Positions 48,150-57,967 of a stretch of DNA of 64,000 nucleotides are shown piece by piece. The notes beneath the pieces were generated by a model. It was not told the DNA's origin. It ran no database searches and was given only the letters and a program-made list of their open reading frames with translations. The translations under genes were made by a program, and so were the position numbers. Source of the stretch: Anaerolineae bacterium (GTDB lineage: Bacteria; Chloroflexota; Anaerolineae; B4-G1; DUEL01); assembly GCA_041082215.1 (NCBI GenBank), contig JBDOIF010000091.1:9841-73840 (forward strand), read 5' to 3'. The first letter of the stretch is position 1. Every line of letters starts with the position of its first letter.

Positions 48150-51100
48150 GGGCCTTCTCCCTCCTGTGGAGAGGGTTGAAGCTGCTGCACCAGGCTTTCC
48201 ACCAGCGACCGCTGATCCTCGGGGGCCATCTGGAGGGCGATCTGGGCCTCCATCAGCGCCTGATCGGGGAGGCCGAGCTGGTAGTAGGCAATAGCCAGCA
48301 GCCGGTGGACGTCCCAGGCCTCAGAGCTGTAGGGGTCCTGCTCCAGCGCCTGGACGAGTGCTTCCGCCGCTTCGGCGCTCCTGCCTAGCTGGAGATAGAC
48401 CCGTCCCAGGGCGTTCCACACCCTGGGCTGGGTCGGCAAAATCTCCAGCGCCCTGCTGTAAGCCTCGGCGGCCCCTTCCAGGTCCCCTGCCTCCACCCGC
48501 GAATCGCCGACCACCAGCCACGTCTGCTCAAACTCGGGGTCCAGCTCCAGCGAGTGGGCGATGGTCCGCTGGAACGCCTCCTCATCCCGCAGTTCGTAGT
48601 GGTAGAGCGTGGCCCATTCATTCCAGAGGATGGCGTTGTTGGGGCTGAGGCTGGTGGCGATTTCGTAGTAGCGGGAGGAGAGCTGGGCCAGCGTCTGGGC
48701 CTGTTGCTGACCCGCTGGCAGGCTGGCCCAACGGCGGTACATCCGGGCCAGATTGGCGCTGTGGTCGGTGTTGAGGGGGTTGAGGGCCTGGGCTTTCAGC
48801 AACACCCGCTCCGTCTCCCGCATCACCAGGTCCTGCTGGACCGGGTCTTCCAGTGAGGAGGCGTATTCGAGATAGGCCCGTCCCATGTACAGGTAGTAGA
48901 AATCCTCACGGGGGGCCAGCTCGGCCGACCGCTGGTAATGGCGAACCGCCACAGCCCACTGTCCCTGCCGTTCCCAGGGGTCGGCCTGCTTGTAGATGAT
49001 GTCGGCCTGGATGGGGCGGAGGTTCAGCCCATAAGCGGCCACCGAGGCGAGAAGGAGGAAGACGAAGGCAGCGGACACGCCTGGCAGGGAGCCCCATTTC
49101 GCGGGGAAGGGACGCTCACCCGCCAGCGCCAGCCCACCGGCGAGGATGACGACGAACAGGAAGAGATAGTAGGCATTGATCTGCCCGGCCACGTATTCGG
49201 CCAGCGCCAGGGCGTCGGTAATGGTCTGGATCTGTGTCTGGGCGATGTGGGCGTGCCTTCCGGCCAGCCCAAGGCCGAAGAGGACCCCGGCCAGCAGGGA
49301 GATGCTGAGGGTGACCAGCCCCGCGCCCCACTTTTCTTCGCTTCGCTGGAGGATTCCCTGCCGTATCATCTGGGATGTCATCAGCAGGCCGATAGAAAGC
49401 CAGCTCATCCCCAGCACCATCAGGATGCCCAGGGAGACACGGGGGCGGTCGGCCGGAATGGCGATCACCGTCAGGGAACGCCAGAAGATTTGAAGGGGGT
49501 CCTGGAGCCGTTCTACGTTGTTCGTGAAGTCGTAGATGAGGGTGCCCAGGATCAGGGCGCCCACCAGGGCAGCGCCGAGGCTGGGCCAAAACCATACGGG
49601 GACCCGACGGGAGGGGGGAGGAAGCGGGCGGTCGGGGGCCGTCCGGCGGCGTTTTTTCTTTCGTCGGCTCTGAACGGCAGGGGGAAGCTGGGACGGTGCA
49701 GGGGAGGGCTGTTTCCCCTCCTCCCCGATCCATTGCATCCCGACGAGCACAAACACCCCCGCCAGGGCCCAGAATGTGGTCCGGGTGGAGGCGATGGCGA
49801 TGCCGAAGTTGATCTCAACAAGATGGGCCACGAACGCCCCCAGAAGGCCCGCCAGCAGGATGGCGTCGGAGGGAGGGCGGGGCGCATCTCCCGCAGCCCA
49901 GTAGAGGGAGAAGCTGTAGGCGAGGAGATAGAGCAGGAGGCCGCCGACCATCCCGATGGGAAGCGCCAGCCCGAAGAAATGGGGACCAACGGTAGAGATG
50001 ACAACAGCGACGGCGGCGATGGCTCCGAGCGGCAGCAGGATGAAGAAGAGGGTACGTCGCCAGTCGGCAGGCAGGAATCCCAGCCAGCGGAGGCCGAAAT
50101 AGAATAAGGAGCCGAAAAGCCAGAAGTATGCGGCAAAACCGGCCAGACCGGTGTTCACCAGAGAGTCGAGCGTCTCATTATGGGAGCGGTCCGGCGAAGC
50201 GGTGCGGGATTCGTAGTGACCCAGGAGGGGAGGATAGAACCGGTTGTAGGCCACGTACATGGACTCCGGGCCATAGCCCACCAGGGGGCGGAGCAGGTTG
50301 AACGGGTCGGGATGTCCCTCAGGGTCCGTCGCCGTCGGAGGGAACTGCAGGGGTTCGTGGGGCAGGATCAGTTGCAGCGCCCCCTCCCAGATCAGGGCGC
50401 GGACCTTGCCGGTGCCGCTTTCGGCCTGGAGCACGTCGTCCAGCCGGCCCAGCCAGGGCTGTTGCTGGCTCCAGGCATGGACCGGCTCGACCAGGTTGAT
50501 CACCAGGAAGCCAGCGGCGAAGAGGACCGCGATCATCAACGCGCTGATCCAGAGCCATCGCCACCCTCGCTGATTGACAATCGAACTCATCCAGACCCCC
50601 AGCAGGACCAGCAGGGCAGCGAACGCTGCGGCCCACTGCGGCAGAGAGCTGCCCGGAGGGGCAAAGGTCCTGCCGGCAAGGTAGAGGAGTCCGGCCACCG
50701 CTCCCCCTGCGCCGACGGTCCCCGCCCCGAAGGCCACCCCTCTGGTCAGATCGGCCTGTAGCTCGGAAGGGACGAAGGGGGATCCTTTGCGGGATGTCTG
50801 CTGAAGGATCATCAGCCCCAGAAATCCCCATACCGCCAGCCCTGCCAGAAGGCCCATCAGCGGCCCCCGGCTCTGGGTGTACCAGATGGCGATGACCTGG
50901 ACCAGGAAGATAAAGATATAGGTCGAGGCACGGAGTATGTCGGCAAAGCCCGATGTCTCTTCGGTGAGGATGGAGCGGAAGGACCCAACGACGCGGGCCA
51001 GGGTGGGAAAAGCGGCCATGATGAGGTAGGCAGCGACGAAGATGGGGTTGCCCATATTGGAGGCAATCCGGCTCGTCACATCCCCGCCCCAGGGCAGGGG

Positions 51101-51598
51101 GTCCCGCTGGGAGTGCTGGACGAAGCCGTAGAGGGCAATGGGCAGGCTGTTGAGGATCAGCGTGGTGATAAACCGGTCCACCTGTGCCCGCGTCCGCATC
51201 CGATCCAGGATGATCAGAAAGATGACGATGTAGGAGAAGGTCGTGAAAGTGCCCTGAAGCCGCTGGTAGGAGCCGAAAAAGCTGACGTAGGGGGTGATGG
51301 AGAAGAGGGTGCTGAGCAGATAGACCGCGGCGGTGAGGAGGGTAGGGGCCATCAGAGGGGTGCGCCAGGAGAGCCGTTGCTGCTCCCTTTCTGCCTTCCC
51401 TTCCAGCCGTTCCTCAACCCATCGGGCCAGCCAGGCGGCGGCCATCATCAGGGCGATAGAGCGGAGGGTGGTCAGTTTGTCCGGCTCAAAGACCCGGCTG
51501 GAGTAGATGTTGAAGAAGAGCGGGGTGACGACAATGGCGGAGAGCCAGCCGGCCTCCAGAATCCCGTCCAGAAAGGCGCTCAGTCGTGTTGAGGACAT
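48146..51598 (-). CDS. Large O-antigen-ligase/oligosaccharyltransferase-like (Wzy_C) membrane protein with C-terminal TPRs
   Basis: Many TM helices; TQSRG, RALIW, GYGP and DRSHNE Wzy_C-like motifs; TPR tail. Confidence 0.75.
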   Translation of the reverse strand: MSSTRLSAFLDGILEAGWLSAIVVTPLFFNIYSSRVFEPDKLTTLRSIALMMAAAWLARWVEERLEGKAEREQQRLSWRTPLMAPTLLTAAVYLLSTLFSITPYVSFFGSYQRLQGTFTTFSYIVIFLIILDRMRTRAQVDRFITTLILNSLPIALYGFVQHSQRDPLPWGGDVTSRIASNMGNPIFVAAYLIMAAFPTLARVVGSFRSILTEETSGFADILRASTYIFIFLVQVIAIWYTQSRGPLMGLLAGLAVWGFLGLMILQQTSRKGSPFVPSELQADLTRGVAFGAGTVGAGGAVAGLLYLAGRTFAPPGSSLPQWAAAFAALLVLLGVWMSSIVNQRGWRWLWISALMIAVLFAAGFLVINLVEPVHAWSQQQPWLGRLDDVLQAESGTGKVRALIWEGALQLILPHEPLQFPPTATDPEGHPDPFNLLRPLVGYGPESMYVAYNRFYPPLLGHYESRTASPDRSHNETLDSLVNTGLAGFAAYFWLFGSLFYFGLRWLGFLPADWRRTLFFILLPLGAIAAVAVVISTVGPHFFGLALPIGMVGGLLLYLLAYSFSLYWAAGDAPRPPSDAILLAGLLGAFVAHLVEINFGIAIASTRTTFWALAGVFVLVGMQWIGEEGKQPSPAPSQLPPAVQSRRKKKRRRTAPDRPLPPPSRRVPVWFWPSLGAALVGALILGTLIYDFTNNVERLQDPLQIFWRSLTVIAIPADRPRVSLGILMVLGMSWLSIGLLMTSQMIRQGILQRSEEKWGAGLVTLSISLLAGVLFGLGLAGRHAHIAQTQIQTITDALALAEYVAGQINAYYLFLFVVILAGGLALAGERPFPAKWGSLPGVSAAFVFLLLASVAAYGLNLRPIQADIIYKQADPWERQGQWAVAVRHYQRSAELAPREDFYYLYMGRAYLEYASSLEDPVQQDLVMRETERVLLKAQALNPLNTDHSANLARMYRRWASLPAGQQQAQTLAQLSSRYYEIATSLSPNNAILWNEWATLYHYELRDEEAFQRTIAHSLELDPEFEQTWLVVGDSRVEAGDLEGAAEAYSRALEILPTQPRVWNALGRVYLQLGRSAEAAEALVQALEQDPYSSEAWDVHRLLAIAYYQLGLPDQALMEAQIALQMAPEDQRSLVESLVQQLQPSPQEGEGP

Positions 51599-51613
51599 AA
51601 ACCGCTCCCCGCT

Positions 51614-52579
51614 TTATTTCAGTTTTTGAAACCACTCCAGGGTTCGCCGCAGCCCTTCCTCCAGCGGGGTCCGTGCCTCGAAGCCCAGCACCTCCCGCGC
51701 CCGGGTCCCATCCGGCACCCGGCGGCGGGTCTCTTCGAAGCAGGGGCCGTAGACGGAGGTTGAGGGGATGTGGACGATCTCAGAAGTGGAACCGGTCAGC
51801 TCCCGGATCATCCGGGCCAGTTCGTTGATGGAGGTCTCATAACTGGAGCCGATGTTGAAGACCTGGCCTGCCGCCTCACGGACCGTGCCGGCCAGGATGG
51901 TTCCCTCAACCGTGTCGGCCACATAGGTGAAACACCGGGTCTGTTCTCCGTCGTCGTAGATAGTGATCGGCTCGCCCCGCAGGGCCTGGATGAAGAACCG
52001 GGCGATCACACTGCCGTACCCCTGGGGGTCCAGCCTGGGTCCGTAGGCGTTGAAGTAACGGACCACCGTCACCGAAAGCCCCTTGTGGGCGTAGGCGAAG
52101 GCCAGGTATTCGTCTATCGCTTTAGCGTCCGCATAGGACCAGCGGGCGGCGCTGGTGGGCCCGAGAAGCCGGTCGCCGTCCTCCCGGAGGGGGATGTCGG
52201 TGGATTTGCCGCAGACCTCGGAGCTGGAGGCGATGACCGTCCTGATCCAGTACTTATAGGCCAGTTCCAGCACGTTTTCGGTGCCCCGCACATTCGTGAC
52301 GATGGTCGTCAGGGGGTCTTCTACCACATATTTGACCCCCACAACGGCGGCCAGATGGTAGATGAGGTCCACCTGACGGACCAGCCGCTCCAGGGTGGAG
52401 AGGTTGAGGATGGAGTCGTTGACGAAGTGGAAGCGGTCGCTTTCCAGGTGGTGGGCGATGTTTTCCACCTTACCTGTGGAGAGGTTATCCAGAACGGTGA
52501 CCTCGTGGCCCTGGCTCATCAGTGCGTCCACAAGGTGGGAGCCGATGAATCCCGCGCCGCCGGTGATCAGGATTCTCAT
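51614..52579 (-). CDS. NAD-dependent nucleotide sugar epimerase/dehydratase
   Basis: ITGGAGFIG, HLAA, SSSEV, YADAK (YxxxK), RYFNAYGP. Confidence 0.93.
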   Translation of the reverse strand: MRILITGGAGFIGSHLVDALMSQGHEVTVLDNLSTGKVENIAHHLESDRFHFVNDSILNLSTLERLVRQVDLIYHLAAVVGVKYVVEDPLTTIVTNVRGTENVLELAYKYWIRTVIASSSEVCGKSTDIPLREDGDRLLGPTSAARWSYADAKAIDEYLAFAYAHKGLSVTVVRYFNAYGPRLDPQGYGSVIARFFIQALRGEPITIYDDGEQTRCFTYVADTVEGTILAGTVREAAGQVFNIGSSYETSINELARMIRELTGSTSEIVHIPSTSVYGPCFEETRRRVPDGTRAREVLGFEARTPLEEGLRRTLEWFQKLK

Positions 52580-52815
52580 AGAGCTTTGCTTTCTGAACCT
52601 GGATGTTCACGTCCGGACGAAGCCGGGCGATCAGTACGTTGTGGGGAGGCCGTTTGGAATTAATCTTACCTGAAACGGGGGAAAAATCAAGCCAATGTTG
52701 TGGATTACGAATTCACGAATCCGGCAAACGACACGAATTGTGCGGGTGTAGCGGAGGCTGTTAGCCTGCGCTGCACACTGCTGCGGACATCCGGGAGAAA
52801 CAGGGGTGGGCCGGT

Positions 52816-52843
52816 TTGACATCGAACGCCCGTTGTCTACAAT
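52816..52843 (+). promoter_or_regulatory. sigma70 promoter of phnX
   Basis: TTGACA-16 nt-TACAAT. Confidence 0.6.
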
Positions 52844-52921
52844 GGCTACACATTCCCGGAAGCGCCCGAAAACCGGACGCTCTTGCCAGAAGGGGAGGAG
52901 GGAGTGAAATCCGCGCTGTCC

Positions 52922-52946
52922 GGGCAGGCTGGAAAGCCTGCCCCAC
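52922..52946. repeat. REP palindrome in the phnX leader
   Basis: GGGCAGGCT-ggaa-AGCCTGCCCCAC. Confidence 0.6.
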
Positions 52947-52979
52947 GACCTGTCGGGTTTTGTTGAAAGGAGGTTTACT

Positions 52980-53810
52980 GTGGAATTCGTCTATCGCCGA
53001 TCGTACCGGGGGCCGGTGAAGCTGGTCGTTCTGGACTGGGCCGGGACGACGATGGATTACGGCTGCTGCGCCCCGGCAAAGGTCTTCGTCGAGGTTTACC
53101 GGCGGCGCGGGGTGGAGATCACGATGGAACAGGCCCGTCGGCCGATGGGGCTGCATAAGCGGGACCATATCCGGGCCATCGGCCAGATCAAGGAGGTGGC
53201 CGAAGCCTGGAGGCGGGTCCACGGCCGGCCGGTCACCGAGGAGGACGTGGAGGAGATGTTTGCGGACTTTCGTCCGCTCCAGATGGCCTGCCTGGCCGAC
53301 TACGCCGATCTGATACCTGGCACGCTGGAGACGGTGAGCGGTCTCCGCAAGCAGGGGGTCCTCATCGGCTCGACCACCGGCTATTTCACTGAGGCGATGG
53401 AGTTGCTCAAGGTGGAGGCGGCCCGGCGGGGCTACGTGCCAGATAGCTCTGTCTGCGCCTCGCAGGTCCCCGCCGGCCGGCCCTATCCGTGGATGATCAT
53501 GCAGAACATGATGAACACGGGGGTCTATCCGCCCGAAGCGGTGGTGAAGGTAGGGGATACCCGGCCGGATATCGCCGAGGGGCTGAACGCCGGGGTATGG
53601 ACCGTCGGGCTGGCCAAGACGGGCAACGAGATGGGGTTGAGGCCGGAGGAGATCGAGGCGCTGGACCCGACGGAGCTGGAAGAGAGGCTGGCACGGGCGC
53701 GGGAGAGGCTGGCCCAGAGCGGCGCCCACTATGTGGTGGACTCCATCGCCGAGCTCCTTCCTGTCATTGACGACATCAATCAGCGCCTGGCTCGAGGGGA
53801 GAGGCCGTAG
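52980..53810 (+). CDS. phnX: Phosphonoacetaldehyde hydrolase (phosphonatase)
   Basis: DWAGTTMDYG, PMGLHKRDHI (Schiff-base Lys), GRPYPWM, KVGDT, EGLNAG. Confidence 0.93.
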   Translation: MEFVYRRSYRGPVKLVVLDWAGTTMDYGCCAPAKVFVEVYRRRGVEITMEQARRPMGLHKRDHIRAIGQIKEVAEAWRRVHGRPVTEEDVEEMFADFRPLQMACLADYADLIPGTLETVSGLRKQGVLIGSTTGYFTEAMELLKVEAARRGYVPDSSVCASQVPAGRPYPWMIMQNMMNTGVYPPEAVVKVGDTRPDIAEGLNAGVWTVGLAKTGNEMGLRPEEIEALDPTELEERLARARERLAQSGAHYVVDSIAELLPVIDDINQRLARGERP

Positions 53811-53835
53811 GGGACGCAGGACACGGGGAAGGGCT

Positions 53836-55038
53836 GTGCGCGTTCTGCTGGCGGTCGGTGCGGGGACGTTTCTCTCGCTCTTCGGGGACGCGGCGCTCTA
53901 CGCCGTCCTGCCCACCTATACGCTGGAGGCAGGGGTGTCGGTGGCGACCGTCGGGCTGCTGCTTTCCGCCAACCGGCTTATCCGCCTCCTGCTCAACGGC
54001 CCGGCAGGGGCGGCCTATGACCGGTGGCGTCACCGCTGGCTGTTCCTGATCTCCCTGTTTATCGGCGGCTGTTCCACTGCTATCTACGGCCTCACCCGGG
54101 GGTTCTGGCCCCTGCTGCTGGGGCGACTGCTGTGGGGCCTGGCGTGGTCCGGCATCTGGGTCGGTGGCAATGCGATCGTTCTCAGGGCCAGCCGGGAGGA
54201 GAACCGGGGGCGGTGGATCGGAGTGTATCAGGCCTGCTACTTCCTCGGCGAATCGGGCGGAGCGGTGGCGGGAGGACTGCTGGCCGACCATGTCGGCTAC
54301 CATCGGACGATGATGGTGGGAGCCGGATTGACCTTTCTGGGGGCCCTCGTCGCCCTTGTTCTACTGCCGGAGACGGGGGGACGGGTTGAGGGGAAAGGGG
54401 CATCCCGGCGGACCGACCCCTCTCCCCCACGCGCTCCGGGGGGGGCCGGGGATGGGGGGTTCGTTGTCGCCCTGGCGCTGTATGGGGTGAACCGGCTTGC
54501 CCTGTTCGGCTTCTTCCAGCCGACCTTCGGGCTGTTTCTGCAGGAGCGGATGGGGGAAGGGGGTGGGGTGAGCGGAGGGCTGTTGGGGGTAGCGGGCCTC
54601 ACGGGGTTGGGGCTGGGCGCTCTCCCCCTGATCTCCATGGTCTCTGCTCCCGTTCTGGGGGAGCTGTCGGACCGGGTGGGGGACCGGTGGAGGGTCGTGG
54701 CCGCCGGCCTGGTGCCCGGAGTGCTCGGCTTCGGCCTGGTGGCCCTCGGGTCGCCGCTGGCCCTTCTCCTGGGCATTCCCCTGGCCGCGATCTCGGGTGG
54801 CAGCAATCAGAGCCTGGCGACCGTTCTGGTTGGGGAGCTGGGGCGGGAGGAGCAGCGGAGTCGGCGGCTGGGTGCCCTGTTTACAGTGGGGGACCTGGCG
54901 AGCGCGGTGGGGCCGCCGCTGGCCTATGGGCTGATCCCGCTGCTGGGAATCCGGGGAGTGTACCTGCTGACTGCGGCTGTGCTTGCCCTGATGCTCCTGG
55001 TGGCCCTCCGTCAAAACTTGCAAATAGAACCAAGATAG
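53836..55038 (+). CDS. MFS transporter
   Basis: SLFGDAALYAVLP, LLSANRLIR, ELSDRVG; 12-TM pattern. Confidence 0.85.
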   Translation: MRVLLAVGAGTFLSLFGDAALYAVLPTYTLEAGVSVATVGLLLSANRLIRLLLNGPAGAAYDRWRHRWLFLISLFIGGCSTAIYGLTRGFWPLLLGRLLWGLAWSGIWVGGNAIVLRASREENRGRWIGVYQACYFLGESGGAVAGGLLADHVGYHRTMMVGAGLTFLGALVALVLLPETGGRVEGKGASRRTDPSPPRAPGGAGDGGFVVALALYGVNRLALFGFFQPTFGLFLQERMGEGGGVSGGLLGVAGLTGLGLGALPLISMVSAPVLGELSDRVGDRWRVVAAGLVPGVLGFGLVALGSPLALLLGIPLAAISGGSNQSLATVLVGELGREEQRSRRLGALFTVGDLASAVGPPLAYGLIPLLGIRGVYLLTAAVLALMLLVALRQNLQIEPR

Positions 55039-55046
55039 TGTATAAT
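55018..55046 (+). promoter_or_regulatory. sigma70 promoter of the ABC transporter operon
   Basis: TTGCAA-17 nt-TATAAT; a perfect palindrome CGGTCTGTACAGACCG lies in the leader at 55178-55193. Confidence 0.65.
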
Positions 55047-55301
55047 ATAAGTCATAAGTACTCAGTTTCTGTCAACTGCCCATATGCTGGCGTGTCCCGA
55101 TCATCTCCGTAAATCCATCTGCGATTTCTTCCAGGTGGCCGTCCTGCGGGATAGCCTTTCCTGATATTCGACCTCGACGGTCTGTACAGACCGCAGTCAT
55201 CCGATAAGGCCAGTGAAAGGAGGTGAAGCCGGGGGTAAAGTTTTCGGTCTTCTCAGCGGATTGGTCTCTCTTTGGCGTGCTTTAAGGAAAGGAGAAGTGA
55301 G

Positions 55302-56912
55302 ATGTCCCTCAAGAAAAGCTGGATCGCCTGGGGTGTGGTGATGGTGGTGGCCGTAGTGGTCGCAGCCTGTGCGCCGCGGACGGTCACCGTGGAGCGGACT
55401 GTGGAGGTTCCGGTTGAGCGAACCGTAGAGGTGCTGGTCACCCCCACGCCTGGAGGACCGAGTGGAACCCTGGTGCGGGCTATCACAACGGACCCCAACT
55501 CCCTCGACCTGCCCCAGTGTGCGGAGCGGCAGGCCTCCACAACGGCCTGGCAAATGTACGATTCGCTGGTCTGGCTTGATGACGAGGGCAACATTGCGCC
55601 TGCCCTGGCCGAAAGCTGGGAGGTCTCCGAGGACGGCACGGAGTACATTTTCCACCTGCGGCGGGGAGTGACCTTCCACAACGGCGAGCCGTTCAATGCC
55701 GATGCGGTGGTCTTCTCCTGGCAGCGGGCCAGCACCGGGGACTATACGTATAGCAACTACTGGCAGCGGGCCAGCTCCGTGGAGAAGATAGACGACTACA
55801 CTGTCCGCGTCACGACGGAGGAGCCGGATGCCCTCTTCCTGCGGCTGGTGGCCGACAACTGGGCGATCATCCCGCCGGGCTACTATAACGAGGTGGGTGA
55901 GCAGGGCTTCGTCGAGCACCCGATCGGCACTGGCCCCTTCATGCTCGTCGAGTGGGTGAAGGGAGATCACATCACGATGCGGGCCAACCCCAACTACTGG
56001 CGGGAGGGGGCGCCCCGCATCGCAGAGGTGGTCTTCCGCTCCATCCCCGAATCTGCCACCCGGGTGGCCGCCATTCAGACCGGGGAGATAGACATCGCCA
56101 CCCGCCTGACCGCGGAGGAGGCCAAGAGCCTGCTGGGCGCGCCTAATGTCCAGATCATCCGCTACATCAAGGACCGCGTCTACTACATCGCCTTCAACAA
56201 CCTGACCACCGGCGTGGGGACGCCCATCGAGGACCGTCGGGTCCGGCTGGCGATGAACTACGCCGTTGATGTGGACGCCATCATAGACGCGATCTTCGAG
56301 GGCTACGCCGTTCCGGCGACGGGCTTCGTGACGCCCGCCAACCTGGGCTACGATGAAACGCTCCAGCCCTTTGGCTACGATCCCGACAGGGCCCGCCAGC
56401 TTCTGGCCGAGGCGGGCTATCCGGACGGCTTCTCGATTGATATGGCCTGCCCGGCCGGCGCCTACGAGCACTTCGAAGAGGTGTGCGAGGCGATCGCCGG
56501 CTATCTGGGCGACGTCGGAATCGAGGTCAATCTGGAGATCATGGAGTCCGGTCACTACTGGGACCTGGAGGCCAACAAGGAGCTGCCTCCCCTCTTCGGC
56601 GATAGCTGGTCCTCGGCCGTCGGCGAAGCCTACCCGCGGCTGGAGGGAGCCCTGAAGGGGTGGGACGCCACCTACTCCTCCTGGTGGGACCCCGAGATCG
56701 GGCGCATGATTGACCAGATCAAGGTGACCGTGGACGATGAGGAGCGGGCCGAGATCTACCGGCAGCTCCAGAGGTATATGCAGGAAGATCCGCCGTTCAT
56801 CTACCTCTACATCCCCTACACCTTCGAGGCGATCAACACCCGCGTGCAGGATTACCATCCGCGGCCGGCTGAGACCTACTTCCTGTACTATACGTGGCTG
56901 CTGGAGGATTAG
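55302..56912 (+). CDS. ABC transporter substrate-binding lipoprotein (family 5, Opp/Dpp/Nik type)
   Basis: Lipobox AAC; PALAESW, FHNGEPF, PIGTGPF. Confidence 0.93.
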   Translation: MSLKKSWIAWGVVMVVAVVVAACAPRTVTVERTVEVPVERTVEVLVTPTPGGPSGTLVRAITTDPNSLDLPQCAERQASTTAWQMYDSLVWLDDEGNIAPALAESWEVSEDGTEYIFHLRRGVTFHNGEPFNADAVVFSWQRASTGDYTYSNYWQRASSVEKIDDYTVRVTTEEPDALFLRLVADNWAIIPPGYYNEVGEQGFVEHPIGTGPFMLVEWVKGDHITMRANPNYWREGAPRIAEVVFRSIPESATRVAAIQTGEIDIATRLTAEEAKSLLGAPNVQIIRYIKDRVYYIAFNNLTTGVGTPIEDRRVRLAMNYAVDVDAIIDAIFEGYAVPATGFVTPANLGYDETLQPFGYDPDRARQLLAEAGYPDGFSIDMACPAGAYEHFEEVCEAIAGYLGDVGIEVNLEIMESGHYWDLEANKELPPLFGDSWSSAVGEAYPRLEGALKGWDATYSSWWDPEIGRMIDQIKVTVDDEERAEIYRQLQRYMQEDPPFIYLYIPYTFEAINTRVQDYHPRPAETYFLYYTWLLED

Positions 56913-56948
56913 CCCCGCCTTGTCCGATGCCGGATAGGCCCCTGTAGA

Positions 56949-56985
56949 CCGGCAGGGAGGGCGTCTTTCAGGCCCTCCCTGCCGG
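56949..56985 (+). other. Intercistronic stem-loop after the SBP gene
   Basis: CCGGCAGGGAGGGC...GCCCTCCCTGCCGG with no T-run, typical of differential mRNA stabilisation. Confidence 0.55.
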
Positions 56986-57046
56986 AAGAGTTGTCTTCAT
57001 CTTCTCGGCTGTGGGGCATTCTGTGCCCCCGATGGAAGGGGGAGTG

Positions 57047-57967
57047 ATGCAACGGTATCTCCTCTCCCGATTGCTTCAGTCCCTGGCGGTCATCTTCGGT
57101 GTGTTTGTTCTGGTCTTCTTTATGGTTCGCCTGACCGGCGATCCGGCGAGCCTGATGATGCCGCGCGAGGCCTCGCCTGAGGAGGTCGAGGCCTTCCGCC
57201 ACGCGATGGGCTTTGACCGCCCGCTTATCGTCCAGTTCCTCGACTTCACCTCCCGGGCGATGGTGGGGGATTTTGGAAACTCCCTCCACTACCGGTTACC
57301 TGCCCTGCCCCTGATCCTGGAGCGGCTGCCGGCCACGGTCGAGCTGGCCTCCGTGGCGCTTCTGATCGCCATTGTTTTTGCTGTGCCCCTGGGCCTGATC
57401 GGAGGCTCCCGGCCGGGGAGTGTGTGGGATGCGGTGGCCCGGGCGGTGGGGCTTTTCGGTCAGAGCATCCCCAACTTCTGGCTGGCCCTCATCCTGATCC
57501 TTGTCTTCGCCGTGCGGCTGGGCTGGTTCCCCTCCTTCGGTCGAGGCGGGCCTGAGTCGGTCGTGCTGCCGGCCATCGCCCTGGGGGTCTTCACAATGGG
57601 GCAACTGGTTCGGCTGACCCGCTCGGCGGTGCTCGAGATCCGCAGCGAGGACTACATCCGCACGGCCTACAGCAAGGGGTTGCGGTCGCGGGTGATCTAT
57701 GTTCGCCACATCCTCCGCAACGCGGCCATCCCTCTGGTGAGCGTCATCGGCGTTCAGTTCGGCTATATGCTGGGCGGCTCCATCTACATCGAAACAATCT
57801 TCTCCTGGCCCGGTCTGGGCCGGTTGGCGGCCGACTCCATCGGTGTGCGGGACTTTCCAATGGTGCAGGCTATCGCCGTCTTCACCAGCTTTGTCGTCGT
57901 GGTGCTCAACCTGCTGACCGACCTGGCTTATGCGCTGATCGATCCGAGGATCCGTTATGGCGAGTAG
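57047..57967 (+). CDS. ABC permease (OppB/DppB type)
   Basis: GDPA, RLPATVEL, IPNFW, EDYIRTAYSKG. Confidence 0.93.
   Translation: MQRYLLSRLLQSLAVIFGVFVLVFFMVRLTGDPASLMMPREASPEEVEAFRHAMGFDRPLIVQFLDFTSRAMVGDFGNSLHYRLPALPLILERLPATVELASVALLIAIVFAVPLGLIGGSRPGSVWDAVARAVGLFGQSIPNFWLALILILVFAVRLGWFPSFGRGGPESVVLPAIALGVFTMGQLVRLTRSAVLEIRSEDYIRTAYSKGLRSRVIYVRHILRNAAIPLVSVIGVQFGYMLGGSIYIETIFSWPGLGRLAADSIGVRDFPMVQAIAVFTSFVVVVLNLLTDLAYALIDPRIRYGE

Noticed and set aside
52848-52906. Possible structured RNA in the phnX leader (CATTCCC...GGGAGTG)
   Set aside because: Weak pairing, no match to a riboswitch I recognise, and not supportable without covariation data.
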